This document shows, piece by piece, positions 16,621 to 27,360 of a DNA stretch of 64,000 nt. The position numbers and the translations under genes were made by a program. Each line of letters starts with the position of its first letter. Position 1 is the stretch's first letter. Under the pieces are notes generated by a model. The model saw nothing but the letters and a program-made list of their open reading frames with translations, had not been told where the DNA came from and made no database searches. The DNA is from the human T2T-CHM13v2.0 reference genome, Homo sapiens, in assembly GCF_009914755.1 (NCBI RefSeq), contig NC_060926.1; one strand, 5' to 3'.

Positions 16621-17774
16621 TAAAGCAAAGGCATCAGAGACACAGGAACAGTTAATTCTGCCTTGAGAAGAGGAAAGGGGCATAGGTCTCTGATGATGTC
16701 GTGGACGGAAAAAAGTGACTTCAGTGCCAAGAAGGTTGGGGCAGTGGACTGAAAGGACCAAACTGGGAGGGCCCTTTGGGTGAATCCCTGGCATCCTCCC
16801 CACACATAGAAAAATGCTTTTTTCTCAACAGATTCCCAGTCAGAAGCACATCTGCCAGTCCTGCCTTTATGTTCATAGCTCTGCCTTCCAGCTGCAGCAC
16901 AGCAGAAAACCTCAGGCTGACTGAGGGGATGGGGAGGTACCAGGCCAAAGCCACCTGGCCATCAGCTCTTGGGCAAGCTGGTGGCCAGAAAAGCCCACGC
17001 AGGGCCCTGTCCTGTGAGCACCATGCTGCAGTGGCTTGCAGGCTCTTGGTCACCTTCTTCATTCTTGTCCCTCAGTTTCTATAGACTGCCCCCCAAATTT
17101 GCTGTTTCCACAAACTTTGAGCAGCCCTCTGGCTATGTTTTCTGACTTTGGATTACTTAACTGTCTCTCGACTGCCTGCTATCTAGAATGGGGAGCAGCC
17201 CTTCCAGCATCCCAACAGTTCCCTTTGCTGGTTGCCAACCTCAACTCTGCTTAATAAAAAAGGGATTCTTCTGGGAGCGCAGCAGGAGAGCTATTATGCT
17301 ACCTGCCTTTCCTCAGTCCTTCCAGATCCTCCTCTACTATCTGTACCAGACTCTCTGCTCCACGGGGGCTGACCTTATAGATCTGTTTATTTCAAGAAAA
17401 AATTCAGGATAAAATTCTTTCTAATAATTTTTTCTCCTGATAAACTCTTTCCCTCCCCTCTATGTAAGAAGATATAGTCTGCCCTGTGTTCAGTGCTTTA
17501 AGGAGAGCATGTACCAGAAAGGAAGTGCTTAGTGAATCTTAGAGGATTTCGATCACACGCAAGATGTTTTGGAGAAGCATTATTAAACAGAAGGTTTCCT
17601 TTTTCCCCAAGGCCTCTGGGGACAAGGGACCAGGAAGGTAATATGGAGCAAAGGAGCCAGTAGAGTGGGCTGAGCGGGACTTGAGGCTCTTCTAAGGGAG
17701 CAAATGATACTCAGCTGTATCCAATCATGAAGAAATGCAAACCCCGCATCACCTCTTCTTCCATTGTTCAAGAG

Positions 17775-17940
17775 CAGCCAGAAAGCTGACTCTTACATGA
17801 AATCTTCTGATTTTTCAAATGCTGACAACTAATTCAAAAGTTTTTGTACAACACTGTGCCAGCTAAATACAATGTATCTGTGGGCTGCCTTTGTCTTCCG
17901 GCCAGATTTAGCCTGTTGACCACAAGTTTGCCACCTTTAC
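17775..17940. mobile_element. MER103C-like hAT-Charlie fragment
   Basis: atgaaatcttctgatttttcaaatgctgacaactaattca...aacactgtgcc...agtttgccacct. Confidence 0.6.
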
Positions 17941-18141
17941 TTTAGAGAGGGATGAAATTCACACAGCAACATGGAGATCTAAAACCCGTCATTGGCCCCA
18001 ACCCATCAGTATAGCCTGCTACAGAAACACTGCACAAGAGACATTTTCAGAAGGAAGGCAGGAAAGTGGTGGAATTTTATATCTGAAATGCTGCAGCTCA
18101 GAATAGACAGAAAGCACAGGACCGTAAAAAGACCCATTTCT

Positions 18142-18240
18142 TGCCGGGCGCAGTGGCTCACTCCTGTAATCCCAGCACTTTGGGAGGCTGAGGCAGGTGG
18201 ATCACCTGAGGTCAGGAGTTCAAGACCAGCCTGGTCAACA
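18142..18240 (+). mobile_element. AluS left arm, 3'-truncated
   Basis: gccgggcgcagtggctcac...ggatcacctgaggtcaggagttcaagaccagcctggtcaaca, then an abrupt switch to GA-rich sequence. Confidence 0.92.
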
Positions 18241-18280
18241 AGAACAGGGAAGTAAGAATAGGAAGAAAGGCAAGGGAAGC

Positions 18281-18400
18281 AGTTGAGTGTGGTGCACGCC
18301 TGTGGTCCCAACTACTTGGGAGGCTGAGGCAGGAGGATTGCTTGAGTATGGGGTTTGAGGCCAGACTAAGAAATATAATATGATCCTATTTCAAAGACAA
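18281..18400 (+). mobile_element. FLAM_A-like Alu monomer
   Basis: gtggtgcacgcctgtggtcccaactacttgggaggctgaggcaggaggattgcttgag...tttgaggccag...; monomeric and diverged. Confidence 0.75.
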
Positions 18401-19786
18401 AGAAAGAAAAGAATTATGAGAAAAGAGACGTAAGAAAACAGAAGTGAAAAATGAGAATGCAAAAGGAAAGCAAGAAAAAGTAAGAAATGTAGGAAAGGAA
18501 AGGAAAGGGAAAAGAAAACCAGAAGGGTGAGGAAAAGAGAGAGAAGCAAAAAGAGGGAACAAAGTAGGAAAGAATAAAAAGTAAGAAAAAGGAGGCAAAA
18601 ATGGGGGAGGGGGAAGGCAGTAAGAAAAGGAGAAAAGGAAATCTAGAAAGAATAGTAAGAAAGAAGTGAGAATGGGAACTGAGAACATGGAAAAGGATAA
18701 AGAAAGTGAGGAAGAGAAGCAAAAAGAGTGAAACAAAATAAGAAGCAAGAAAAAGGAAGTGAGAATTGGGAAGCCAAGAAAGGGAATGACAAAGGGGGAA
18801 TGTGCAAAGGAATCTAGAAAGAGGAGAAGTGAGAATGGGAACTGAGAAAACAGAAATGATGAAAGGGAAATAAGGAAAGGGAAATGAGGAAGGGGAAGTA
18901 AAAACTGCAAGCAAGAAGGAAACTAAAATCAGGAAATAGGAAAGGGGGGCAAAAAAGAGATAACAGACAAAGGAAGCCAACAACGGAAGTAAGAAAAGGA
19001 AAGCAAGAAACAAGAAAATAGAGGAATAAAAAGGGAAGCATGAAAGAAGGAACAGGAAAAAGAAAAGAAAAAAAGAAAAAAGAATAAAGGAACACAAAAT
19101 AGGAAAGTAGAAAAGGAAAGCAAGAGAAAGGTAGTAAAGGAAGAAAGGGGTATGAAAAGGCAGGAAGCAAAATATGTAAGTAAAATAGAGACATAAGAAA
19201 GAGGAGTCAAATGGCTGACTCCTCTTTCATATGTCTCTATTTTATTTACACATTTGACCCAGCCATCCCATTACTGGGTATATACCCAAAGGATTATAAA
19301 TCATGCTGCTATAAAGACACATGCACACTTATGTTTGTTGCGGCACTATTCACAATAGCAAAGACTTGGAACCAACCCGAATGTCCAACAATGATAGACT
19401 GGATTAAGAAAATGTGGCACATATACACCATGGAATACTATGCAGCCATAAAAAATGATGAGTTCATGTCCTTTGTAGGAACATGAATGAAGCTGGAAAC
19501 CATCATTCTCAGCAAACTATCGCAAGGACAAAAAACCAAACACCGCATGTCCTCACTCATAGGTGGGAATTGAACAATGAGAACACATGGACACAGGAAG
19601 GGGAACATCACACACTGGGGACTGTTGTGGGGAGGGGGGAGTGGGGAGGGATAGCATTAGGAGATATACCTAATGCTAAATGACGAGTTAATGGGTGCAG
19701 CACACCAACATGGCACATGTATACATATGTAACAAACCTGCACGTTGTACACATGTACCCTACAACTTAAAGTGTAATAATAATAA

Positions 19787-19817
<31 letters not shown>

Positions 19818-21685
19818 AAAGAGGAGTGAAAAAAAGGGAAACGAGAAAGTGGGGACAAAATATGAAAGCAAAAAAAAGAGAGAGAGAGAAAAAAAAGGGG
19901 GCATGAGAAAGGGAAGCATGTGATGAGTAACCAGAAAGGGAAGTGAGAAACAGGAAGCAAGAAAGAAAAGCAAAATGGAGAACGAAGACAGAAAAAGGTA
20001 GCATCAGGAAAGCAACAGAAAAAAGCAGGCAAGGAAAGGGGAGAAAGAGAAAGTGTGGATGAAAAGGAAAGCAGGAAAAGCAAGTCAAAAAGAGGGAGCA
20101 AAATAGAAGAGTAAGACAGGGAACCAAGAATAAGGAAGTAAAAAATGAAAGCAAGAAAAGAGAAATGAGGAAAAAAAGCTAAAAAGAAAAATGAGAAAAG
20201 AGCAAGAAAGGGAAGGAAAAACAAGAGAAGGAAGCAAGAAAGGGAAGCTAGAAAAAAGAATCAAGAAACAGAAGTAAGAAAGAGAACCTAGAAAAGGAAA
20301 GCACAAAATAGAAAATGAGAAAAAGCAAGCAAGCAAAAAACAGTGAGAAAAGAGATGAAAAATTAAGACTAAGAGATGCAAGAATAGGGAAGCAAGATGG
20401 GAAAGTAGGAAATGGTAGTCAATAAAAGGGGGTGAGAAAGGAACTGAGAAAAGGGAAGCAAGACAAGGAAAGTGGAAGAGGGAAGTGAGAAAAAGGTGGT
20501 GAGAAAGGAAAATGAGAAAAGGAAGAAGGAGAACAAAAGTATAAAAAGGAACAAAAAAGAGGTGCAAGAAAAGTGAAGGAATAAAGGGGAAGAAAGACAC
20601 TTTAGAATACAAGATATTTTTTAAGGAAGGAAAAAGAAAGGAGGTTAAAATGGGATCAATAGAAGGTAAGGAGAATAGGAAAGTAAGTAAGGAAGAAAAG
20701 AAAATGGGAAGAAAATAACGGAAGCAAGAAGTGAAAAATAAAGGAAAGGAAAGAGAAAACTGAAAATCAGAAAAAAATCAAAGTAGGAAATTAATAAGAA
20801 AATCAAGAAAAGAAGAAGGAAGTAAGAAAAAAGAAGCAATAAAAGTGGAATATAGAAGTAAGAAGAGGAACTGAAGAAAAAGAAAGGGAAGTGAGAAAAA
20901 AGTTAAAGAAAAGCAAAATAGAGAAGTGTGAGAGAGAAGCTTGAAAGGGAAGCAAGAAAAGGAAATGAGGAAAGTAAAGCAGGAAATGAGATAACGGAAG
21001 TAAGAAAGAGAAGGGAGAATAAGGAAGCAGAAAAAGGAAATCAAGTAAAGGGAAATAAGAAAGGAGAAGTAAAAATGACAATCAAGGAAAGAGAACCAAG
21101 GAAAGAGAAGCAAGGGATTAGAAGCAAAAAAAAAAAAAAAAAGTTAGAAAAGGGAAGATAGAATAGGGAAGCATGAAAGAATGGGAACAGGGAAATGGAA
21201 GCACGAAACTAGGGAAGTAAGAATGGGAAGGAAGAAAAGGGAAGCCAGAAACTTGAAGCAAAGAAAAGAGGACGTGAAAAAAGGGAAGTGAGAAAGGGAA
21301 ACAAGAGAAGCTAAAAGAACAAAGAGAAGTAAAATAACAAAGTAAGAATGGGAAGAAGGAACAGGGAAGCAAAAAATCAGGAGCAAGAAAAAGGAGGGAA
21401 GAAAAGAGAAATAAGAAAAGGGAAGCGATAAAGGGAAGTGAAAAAAGAAGAAAGCAGAAGCATGAAGAAAGATGCATGGAAGGGCAGCAGGAAGCAAGAA
21501 ACAAAAGCCAGAAAGAAACAAGAAAAGGAGAGCAAGAAAGAGGAGCAAGCAAGAAAGGAAAGGGTTGCAAGAAAGGGGAGAAGAAAGGAAAGCAATAAAG
21601 GAAGTAACAAGAGGAAGGAAGAAAAGGAAAGCAAGAAAAGCGAAGACAAAGAGATAGGAAGGGAGGGAAGGAGAAAGGGAGGAAC
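18393..21685 (+). repeat. ~3.3 kb GA-rich polypurine array (degenerate ~14-15 bp unit), interrupted by an L1PA
   Basis: Plus strand is almost all A/G; recurring aaagggaagcaaga / aaagggaagtgaga / aatgggaactgaga motifs. Confidence 0.93.
19251..19814 (+). mobile_element. 5'-truncated L1PA (L1PA3-5-like) with 13-bp TSD
   Basis: ORF2p C-terminus FDPAIPLLGIYPKDYKSCCYKDTCT...; 3' UTR has GAG rather than the Ta-diagnostic ACA; (TAA)n(GAA)n tail; TSD aagaaagaggagt at 19195-19207 and 19815-19827. Confidence 0.96.
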
Positions 21686-22674
21686 ACTTTCAGATACACA
21701 CAAGAAGGGTCAAGTGATGGCAGCCATTTACATACTCAGTTCTAAATGGGGGTTCTTCCCAAATTCATAGGTTATCTTGGCCTAAGCCCCACTACACAAG
21801 AAATTAGACAGAAATCAAAGCAGAGGAGAGAACAGAAGGAAAGACAAAAATGCTTTGCTTCCTGTGCTCAGGGCATTGTGAGGAATGGGCATGTGCTGGC
21901 AGGGGCCAAAGAGAAGTCTTGTTGAATAAAGTGGTTCTGTAATGAGAGCCTGATCTGGCAACTCCACAGAGTGAAATCTTTGTTTTCCAAAGCATGAAAG
22001 AATAAAGGAATTTATTATAGTCACTCATGTTTCTCCAGGTAGGTGATGCTCTGGTCATCTGCTCCATCTTCAGAAGATGCATAGGATCTGGCTACACTGG
22101 GCAAGCTTTGCAAGTAGATCATTTATTATTTACTCTAAAGCTGTGGTGGCTTATGGAGAGAAATTTGAAGGGTTCCAGAGGATATGCAAGATAGGTTTGG
22201 TATTATTTCTGCTCTAGCATTAAGCACTAAGCCACTCTCTACCACTAGCATCTACATGGAAAGAAATGAAAAACAAATCCAAAGAACCATTTTGCACAGT
22301 GCCCAAGCTCATAGCAAATGCCCCAAACATGTGAGTGGTATTAGATGGAATGTTGATCTCTTTCTAATTTCAAGATGCCATGCTGTCAAAGGACGTCAAA
22401 GAAACCAGCTGTGGTTTCTGGTAATCTCCCGAATGTTCTGCCTCACTGCTTTCTGGCTCTGGGAAATGAGGATACCATCTCTATCAACTGGAAGATGAGC
22501 CAACACACTATCTTCTGGTTACAATAGAAAAAAAAAGCATGAAAACTATCATTTCTTCAGCATAGCATAGAGATTTTTAATGACCTTAAGGATAAATGAG
22601 CATCTCGTACTCCCCTAAAATGCCAAAAATCTAACAGAGAATCTGTGGGTTACAGAGATCTGCTCAGTACTGAA

Positions 22675-22835
22675 GCAGTAGAGTATATGGGAAGGTGCCT
22701 TGGACTGGGATATGTTTTCCCTCTGCTTTGACAATAACTAAAGGTGAGTCATCAAGTTAGTCACTGAACTACATTGATTGTCAATTTCCTTGTCGGAAAA
22801 ATGAAAGACCTTCTTGAGTTTAGGGTTCTCAAACT
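22675..22835 (+). mobile_element. MIR (degraded)
   Basis: ttggactggga...caagttagtcactgaact...tcaatttccttgtcggaaaaatg. Confidence 0.55.
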
Positions 22836-23029
22836 AACAGTCCTCAGACTGAATCTGGATAATAGAACTGCTGTGTCTGAGGCAAGTGCTGTCTCACACC
22901 AGATCTGCCTGGCTCTTGACCTGTTTGTTGATGCACACTGCTTGTGTACATCTTTCAGGCTGGTCAGTCTGAAGGTCCTTACTGTAACAATGCAGTACCT
23001 ATTCCCACAAGTGGAAAACTAACAAGGTG

Positions 23030-23378
23030 CTACTCTCTCTTCCAATCTCCCTTCCACCTCTGATCTTCTTTCCTAATCTCCTTTGAGGGCTTTGCTTCTT
23101 CTATCCATCTCTTAAATGTTGGGGTCCTTTGGGATCCTCTTCATCCCAGTCTATACACCACACCCTGGGTGCTCATTTCAACTCAGTGCTCACAGGGCTG
23201 AATGGTCATGACTCCCTTGACCCGCATGTTTAATCCTAATCTGTTCCTTTCCCTGGACATGAATTTCCAACTTTTCTTGGGCATCCCTACCTGGGTATTC
23301 CAAAAACACCTCAATCTCAACATGTCCGAAATTTAAACCACATGTTCTCTCTCTCTACCACTCCACATCTAGTTGCCC
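23030..23378 (+). mobile_element. L2 fragment, interrupted by MER41
   Basis: cttaaatgttggggtcc...ctacctgggtattccaaaaacacctcaatctcaacatgtcc. Confidence 0.75.
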
Positions 23379-23382
23379 TCAC

Positions 23383-23936
23383 TGTTACAGAAAAGGGGTC
23401 CCAATCCAGACCCCAAGAGAGGGTTCCTGGATCTCACACAAGAAAGAATTCAGAGTGAGTCCATAGAGTAAAGCGAAAGCAAGTTTATTAGGAAAGTGAA
23501 GGAATAAAAGAATGGCTACTCCATAGACAGAGTAGCCTCAGGGGCTACTTGTCGCCCATGTGTATGGTTATTTCTTGATGATATGCTAAACAAGGGGTGG
23601 GTTACTCATGCCTCCCCTTTTTAGACCATGTAGGGTAACTTTCTGACGCTGCCATGGCATTTGTAAACTGTCATGGCACTGGTGGGAGTGCAGCAGTGAG
23701 GATGGCCAGAGGTCACTCTCATGGCCATCTTAGTTTTGGTGGGATTTAGCTGGCTTCTTTACTGCAACCTGTTTTATCAGTAAGGTCTCTACGACCCGTA
23801 CCTTGTGCCGACCTTCTGTCTCATCCTGCGACTTAGAATGCCTTAACTGTCTAGTAATGCAGCCCAGTAGGTTTCAGCCTTATTTTACTCAGCGCCTATT
23901 CAAGATGGAGTTGCTCTGGTTTATATGCCTCTGACA
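23383..23936 (-). mobile_element. MER41A ERV1 solo LTR, full length (554 bp)
   Basis: tgttacagaaaaggggtcccaatccagaccccaagagaggg...caagatggagttgctctggtt...ctctgaca; 4-bp TSD tcac on both sides. Confidence 0.92.
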
Positions 23937-23989
23937 TCACCACTGCTCCAACCTCTGAACTTTGTTATTTTAATGGTTGAAATAAAGCC

Positions 23990-24268
23990 AACACTTCTAC
24001 CTCTCTATTCTCTGGCAAACTCCTCATCTGTCAGATATCAGCTTCAAAGAAGCTGTTGAAAGAAGAGCTCTTCTTGACCACCAAGACTATGCTTCTCTGT
24101 GCTCTCACTGTACCCTGGATTTTTTACCTCTTTCACAGCACGATTTGTGCAGTCATAATTTATTCATTTACCATGAGCTCCTTAAAGACGGGCACAATGT
24201 CTTCTTGTTCACTGTTGTTTCTTCTTTATCTAACACTGTACCTAGCCCAGTGAATAACTGTTGAATAG
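23990..24268 (+). mobile_element. L2 3' end
   Basis: ctggcaaactcctcatc...tgagctccttaaagacggg...cctagcccagtg...tgttgaata. Confidence 0.7.
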
Positions 24269-24287
24269 GAAAACCGAATTAAAAGAT

Positions 24288-27200
24288 TGGAAGGCTTGAA
24301 GATGGCTGACTACAGGCATCCAGCACTCACCTTCTCCGCAAAGAATAACCAAAATAGTGAATAGATAATCACAATAATCACACTTTGAATAAAGCACTTA
24401 AGAGAGAACACTGGAATTCAACAGAGAAGGGACAGGAAACCCCTGAGGCAGGGAAGGAGAGGGAAGTAAGTGAGGTAGTTGGCTCAGCTGCAACTGGCTG
24501 GGAGCGGAGAGAGGCTCACCAGTGCAGGGAAAGGGTAAGAGAGAAATCCCCAGTGGTCCCCATTCCCACTGCAGAATCCTGCAACCATACACACAGGAGA
24601 ACCCTCTACCCTCGTGGCCCCAGAGACTAGCATAGGCAGCTGCCTGGAGACCACATGATGGCATTGCTCCAGACAGGAAACTCACCCTGGTTCCCATATA
24701 CACTGAAGACCTAAGCAGCTATAGCAAGGTGCCATATGGAGAGGCCAGCCCTGACCAGACTGAATACTGCCTGGGGACCCAATATCCCCTGCATCTCCAC
24801 ACCCTGGAGCCCCAGTGACAGCCCCTGAATCTACTTGGAGGGCTTTAGCAGTGTGACATCAGTTGGACCCAGCAAAGCAGCAGGGTCCCCAGCACTCTAG
24901 CATACACAGCGTCATGCACCCCGGGAATGGGCAGTGCAGTGCCCTGGAGAGGCTGCCTCCAGGACAAAGAGAGCCAAAGTGAATGCTCCCCAGAGCCTGA
25001 AATCCACCTGCATATGGCTGCTGCCACTGACAATGACCCCATCCCCCTCGAGCAGCAGGGCCATCACACCCTTGCATGCACCCTGAAGACAGGCTTTCCC
25101 TGCTGCTGCCACTGCTGCTGGGGGCCAAAGCACATGCCACTGGCAATGACCCTGTCCCCCTCCAGCAGCAGGGTCACTGTGAACTTGCATGCACCCTGAG
25201 GACTGGCTTTCCCTGCTACTGCCACTGCTACTGGGGCCAAAGCACATGCCACTGGCAATGACCCTGTCCCCCTCCAGCATCAGGAACATGACACACTTGC
25301 ATGTACCCTGGGGGCTGGATTTCCCTGCTGGTTCCTCTGCCACCACTGCTGGAGCTAAAGCATTTACTCAGAGCCTGAGACCTACCTGCCTATGGCTGCT
25401 GTCACTGCCAGAGACCCCACCCCATTCACTAAGCAGCAGGAGTGCCATGCACTTCTACACAGCCTGAGGACTGACTTTCCCTATTACTGCCACCAAAGTA
25501 GTCTGCTGGGGGGCCTGGGATCACCTCACCCTGCCCACCGCAGCCAGCACCCATGTGCACCACCAGGGGCCCTGAGGACAGGCCCTCCCAGCCTGTCACC
25601 ACCCACCTAGTGCACAAGTGTGCTGCCTGGGGCCTGGGAGTAACCCCACCCCATTCACCATTGCTGGCATCTGTGCACTCCTTCCAGGGGCCTGAGGTCA
25701 GGACCACTCAGCCGCCACCACCACATTCAGCACCCATGCTCGTGGATCAGAAATATGAATATTGTTAAAATGACCATACTACCCAAAACAATCTAAAGAT
25801 TCAATGCAATCTCTATCAAAACACCAATGACATTCTTCACAGAAATAGAAAAAACAACCTTAAAATTCACATGGAATCCAAAAAAGAACATGAATAGCCA
25901 AATCAATCTTGAGCAAAAAGAACAAATTTGGAGATATCATGCTATCTTACCTCAAAATATATTGCAAGGCTATAGTAGCTAAAATAGCATGATGTTGGTA
26001 TAAAAATGGACACATAGACCGATAGAACAGAATAGAAAACCCAGAAATAAATCCATGTATTTAAACATAAGACTTGAAACTGTAAAACTACTAGAAGAAA
26101 GCATATGGAAAACCCTCTTGGACATTGGTCTAGGCAAAGATTTTATGGCTTAGATATAAAAAGCACAGGCAACAAAACCAAAAATAGACAAATGGAAATA
26201 TAGAATATTAAACTAGAAAACTTCTGCACAGCAAAGTAAGGAATCAACTGAGTGAAACGACAACATGTTGAATTGGAGAAAATATCTGCAAACAATTCAT
26301 CTAATGGGCAAATATCCAGAATATACAAGAAACTCAAACAACAGCAAAAAAAAAAATAATAATAATCCAATCAAAAAGTGTGTAAAGTATATGAATAAAC
26401 ATTCCTCAAAAAAAGACATCCAAATGGTTGACAGGTATATTTTAAAAATGCTCAATATCACTAACCATCAATGAAAGCCAGATCAAAACCACAATGAGAT
26501 ATAATCATACCTCAGTTACAAGGACTACTTTAAGAAAATAATAAATAACAGATGCTGGCAAGGATGTGGAGAAAAGGGAAAGTTGGTGGGAATGTAAATT
26601 AGTATAACAATTAGAATGTAAATTAGGAAAACAGTATGGAGCTTCCTCAAAAAACTAAAACTAAACTACCATCAATTTCAGCAATCTCACTACTGGGTAT
26701 TTATCCAAAGGAAAGGAAATCAGTGTATCAAAGGAATTCCTGCACCCTCATGTTTATTGTAGCACTAATCACAATCTCAAAGATATGAAATTAACATATG
26801 GGCCCATCAACAATGAACGAAGAAAGAAAATGTAGTATATATACACAATTGAATACTATTTGGCCATAAAAAAGAATAAAATTCTGTCATTTGCAGCAAC
26901 ATGGATACAACTGGAGATTATTATGTTAAATGAAATATTCCAGGCACATTCGAATATCACATGTTCTCACTTATATGTGGGAGCTAAAAAAGTTGATTTT
27001 TATGGAGATAGAGAGTAGAATGATAGACACCAGAGGCTGGGAAGGATGTGGATGTGGAGGTGTAGGAGGGGGATGAAGACAGGTAAGTTAATGGGTACAA
27101 ACACAGTTCCACAGAAGAAATAAGTTCTAATATTTGATAGCAGAGTAAGGTGAGTATAGTTAACAATGTATTATATCTTTCAAAGCAGCTAGAAGAGAGG

Positions 27201-27360
27201 GCTTATTGTTACCAACACAAAGAAAGGATAAATACTTGAGATGACGGATACCCTGAGTCTCCTGACTTGATCATTACACATTCTATGGGTGTAACAAAAT
27301 ATCACGTATACCCCATAAATCTGTACAAATATTATGTGTCAATAAGAAAATTTTAAAGAA
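24288..27360 (+). mobile_element. L1MA (L1MA6/7-like) with 5' UTR joined directly to late ORF2
   Basis: 5' end gaagatggctgac; ORF2 resumes at ~25735 (cccatgctcgtggatc...aatattgttaaaatgaccatactaccc); L1MA 3' UTR ends tgtcaataag; degenerate TSD gaaaaccgaattaa/gaaagccaaattaa. Confidence 0.88.
25015..25495 (+). repeat. ~112-bp tandem monomers in the L1 5' region (3-4 copies)
   Basis: tgccactg(a/g)caatgaccc recurs at 25022, 25135 and 25247, with a diverged copy at ~25400. Confidence 0.88.

Noticed and set aside
18386-21770. Many long F/L/S-rich (minus strand) and K/E/R-rich (plus strand) ORFs
   Set aside because: Artefacts of the polypurine/polypyrimidine composition; overlapping frames are open at once and there is no domain signal
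24845-25768. Repetitive Ala/Cys/Gly-rich ORFs, and a superficial CRISPR-like repeat pattern
   Set aside because: Tandem L1 5' monomers without unique spacers, in a eukaryotic context
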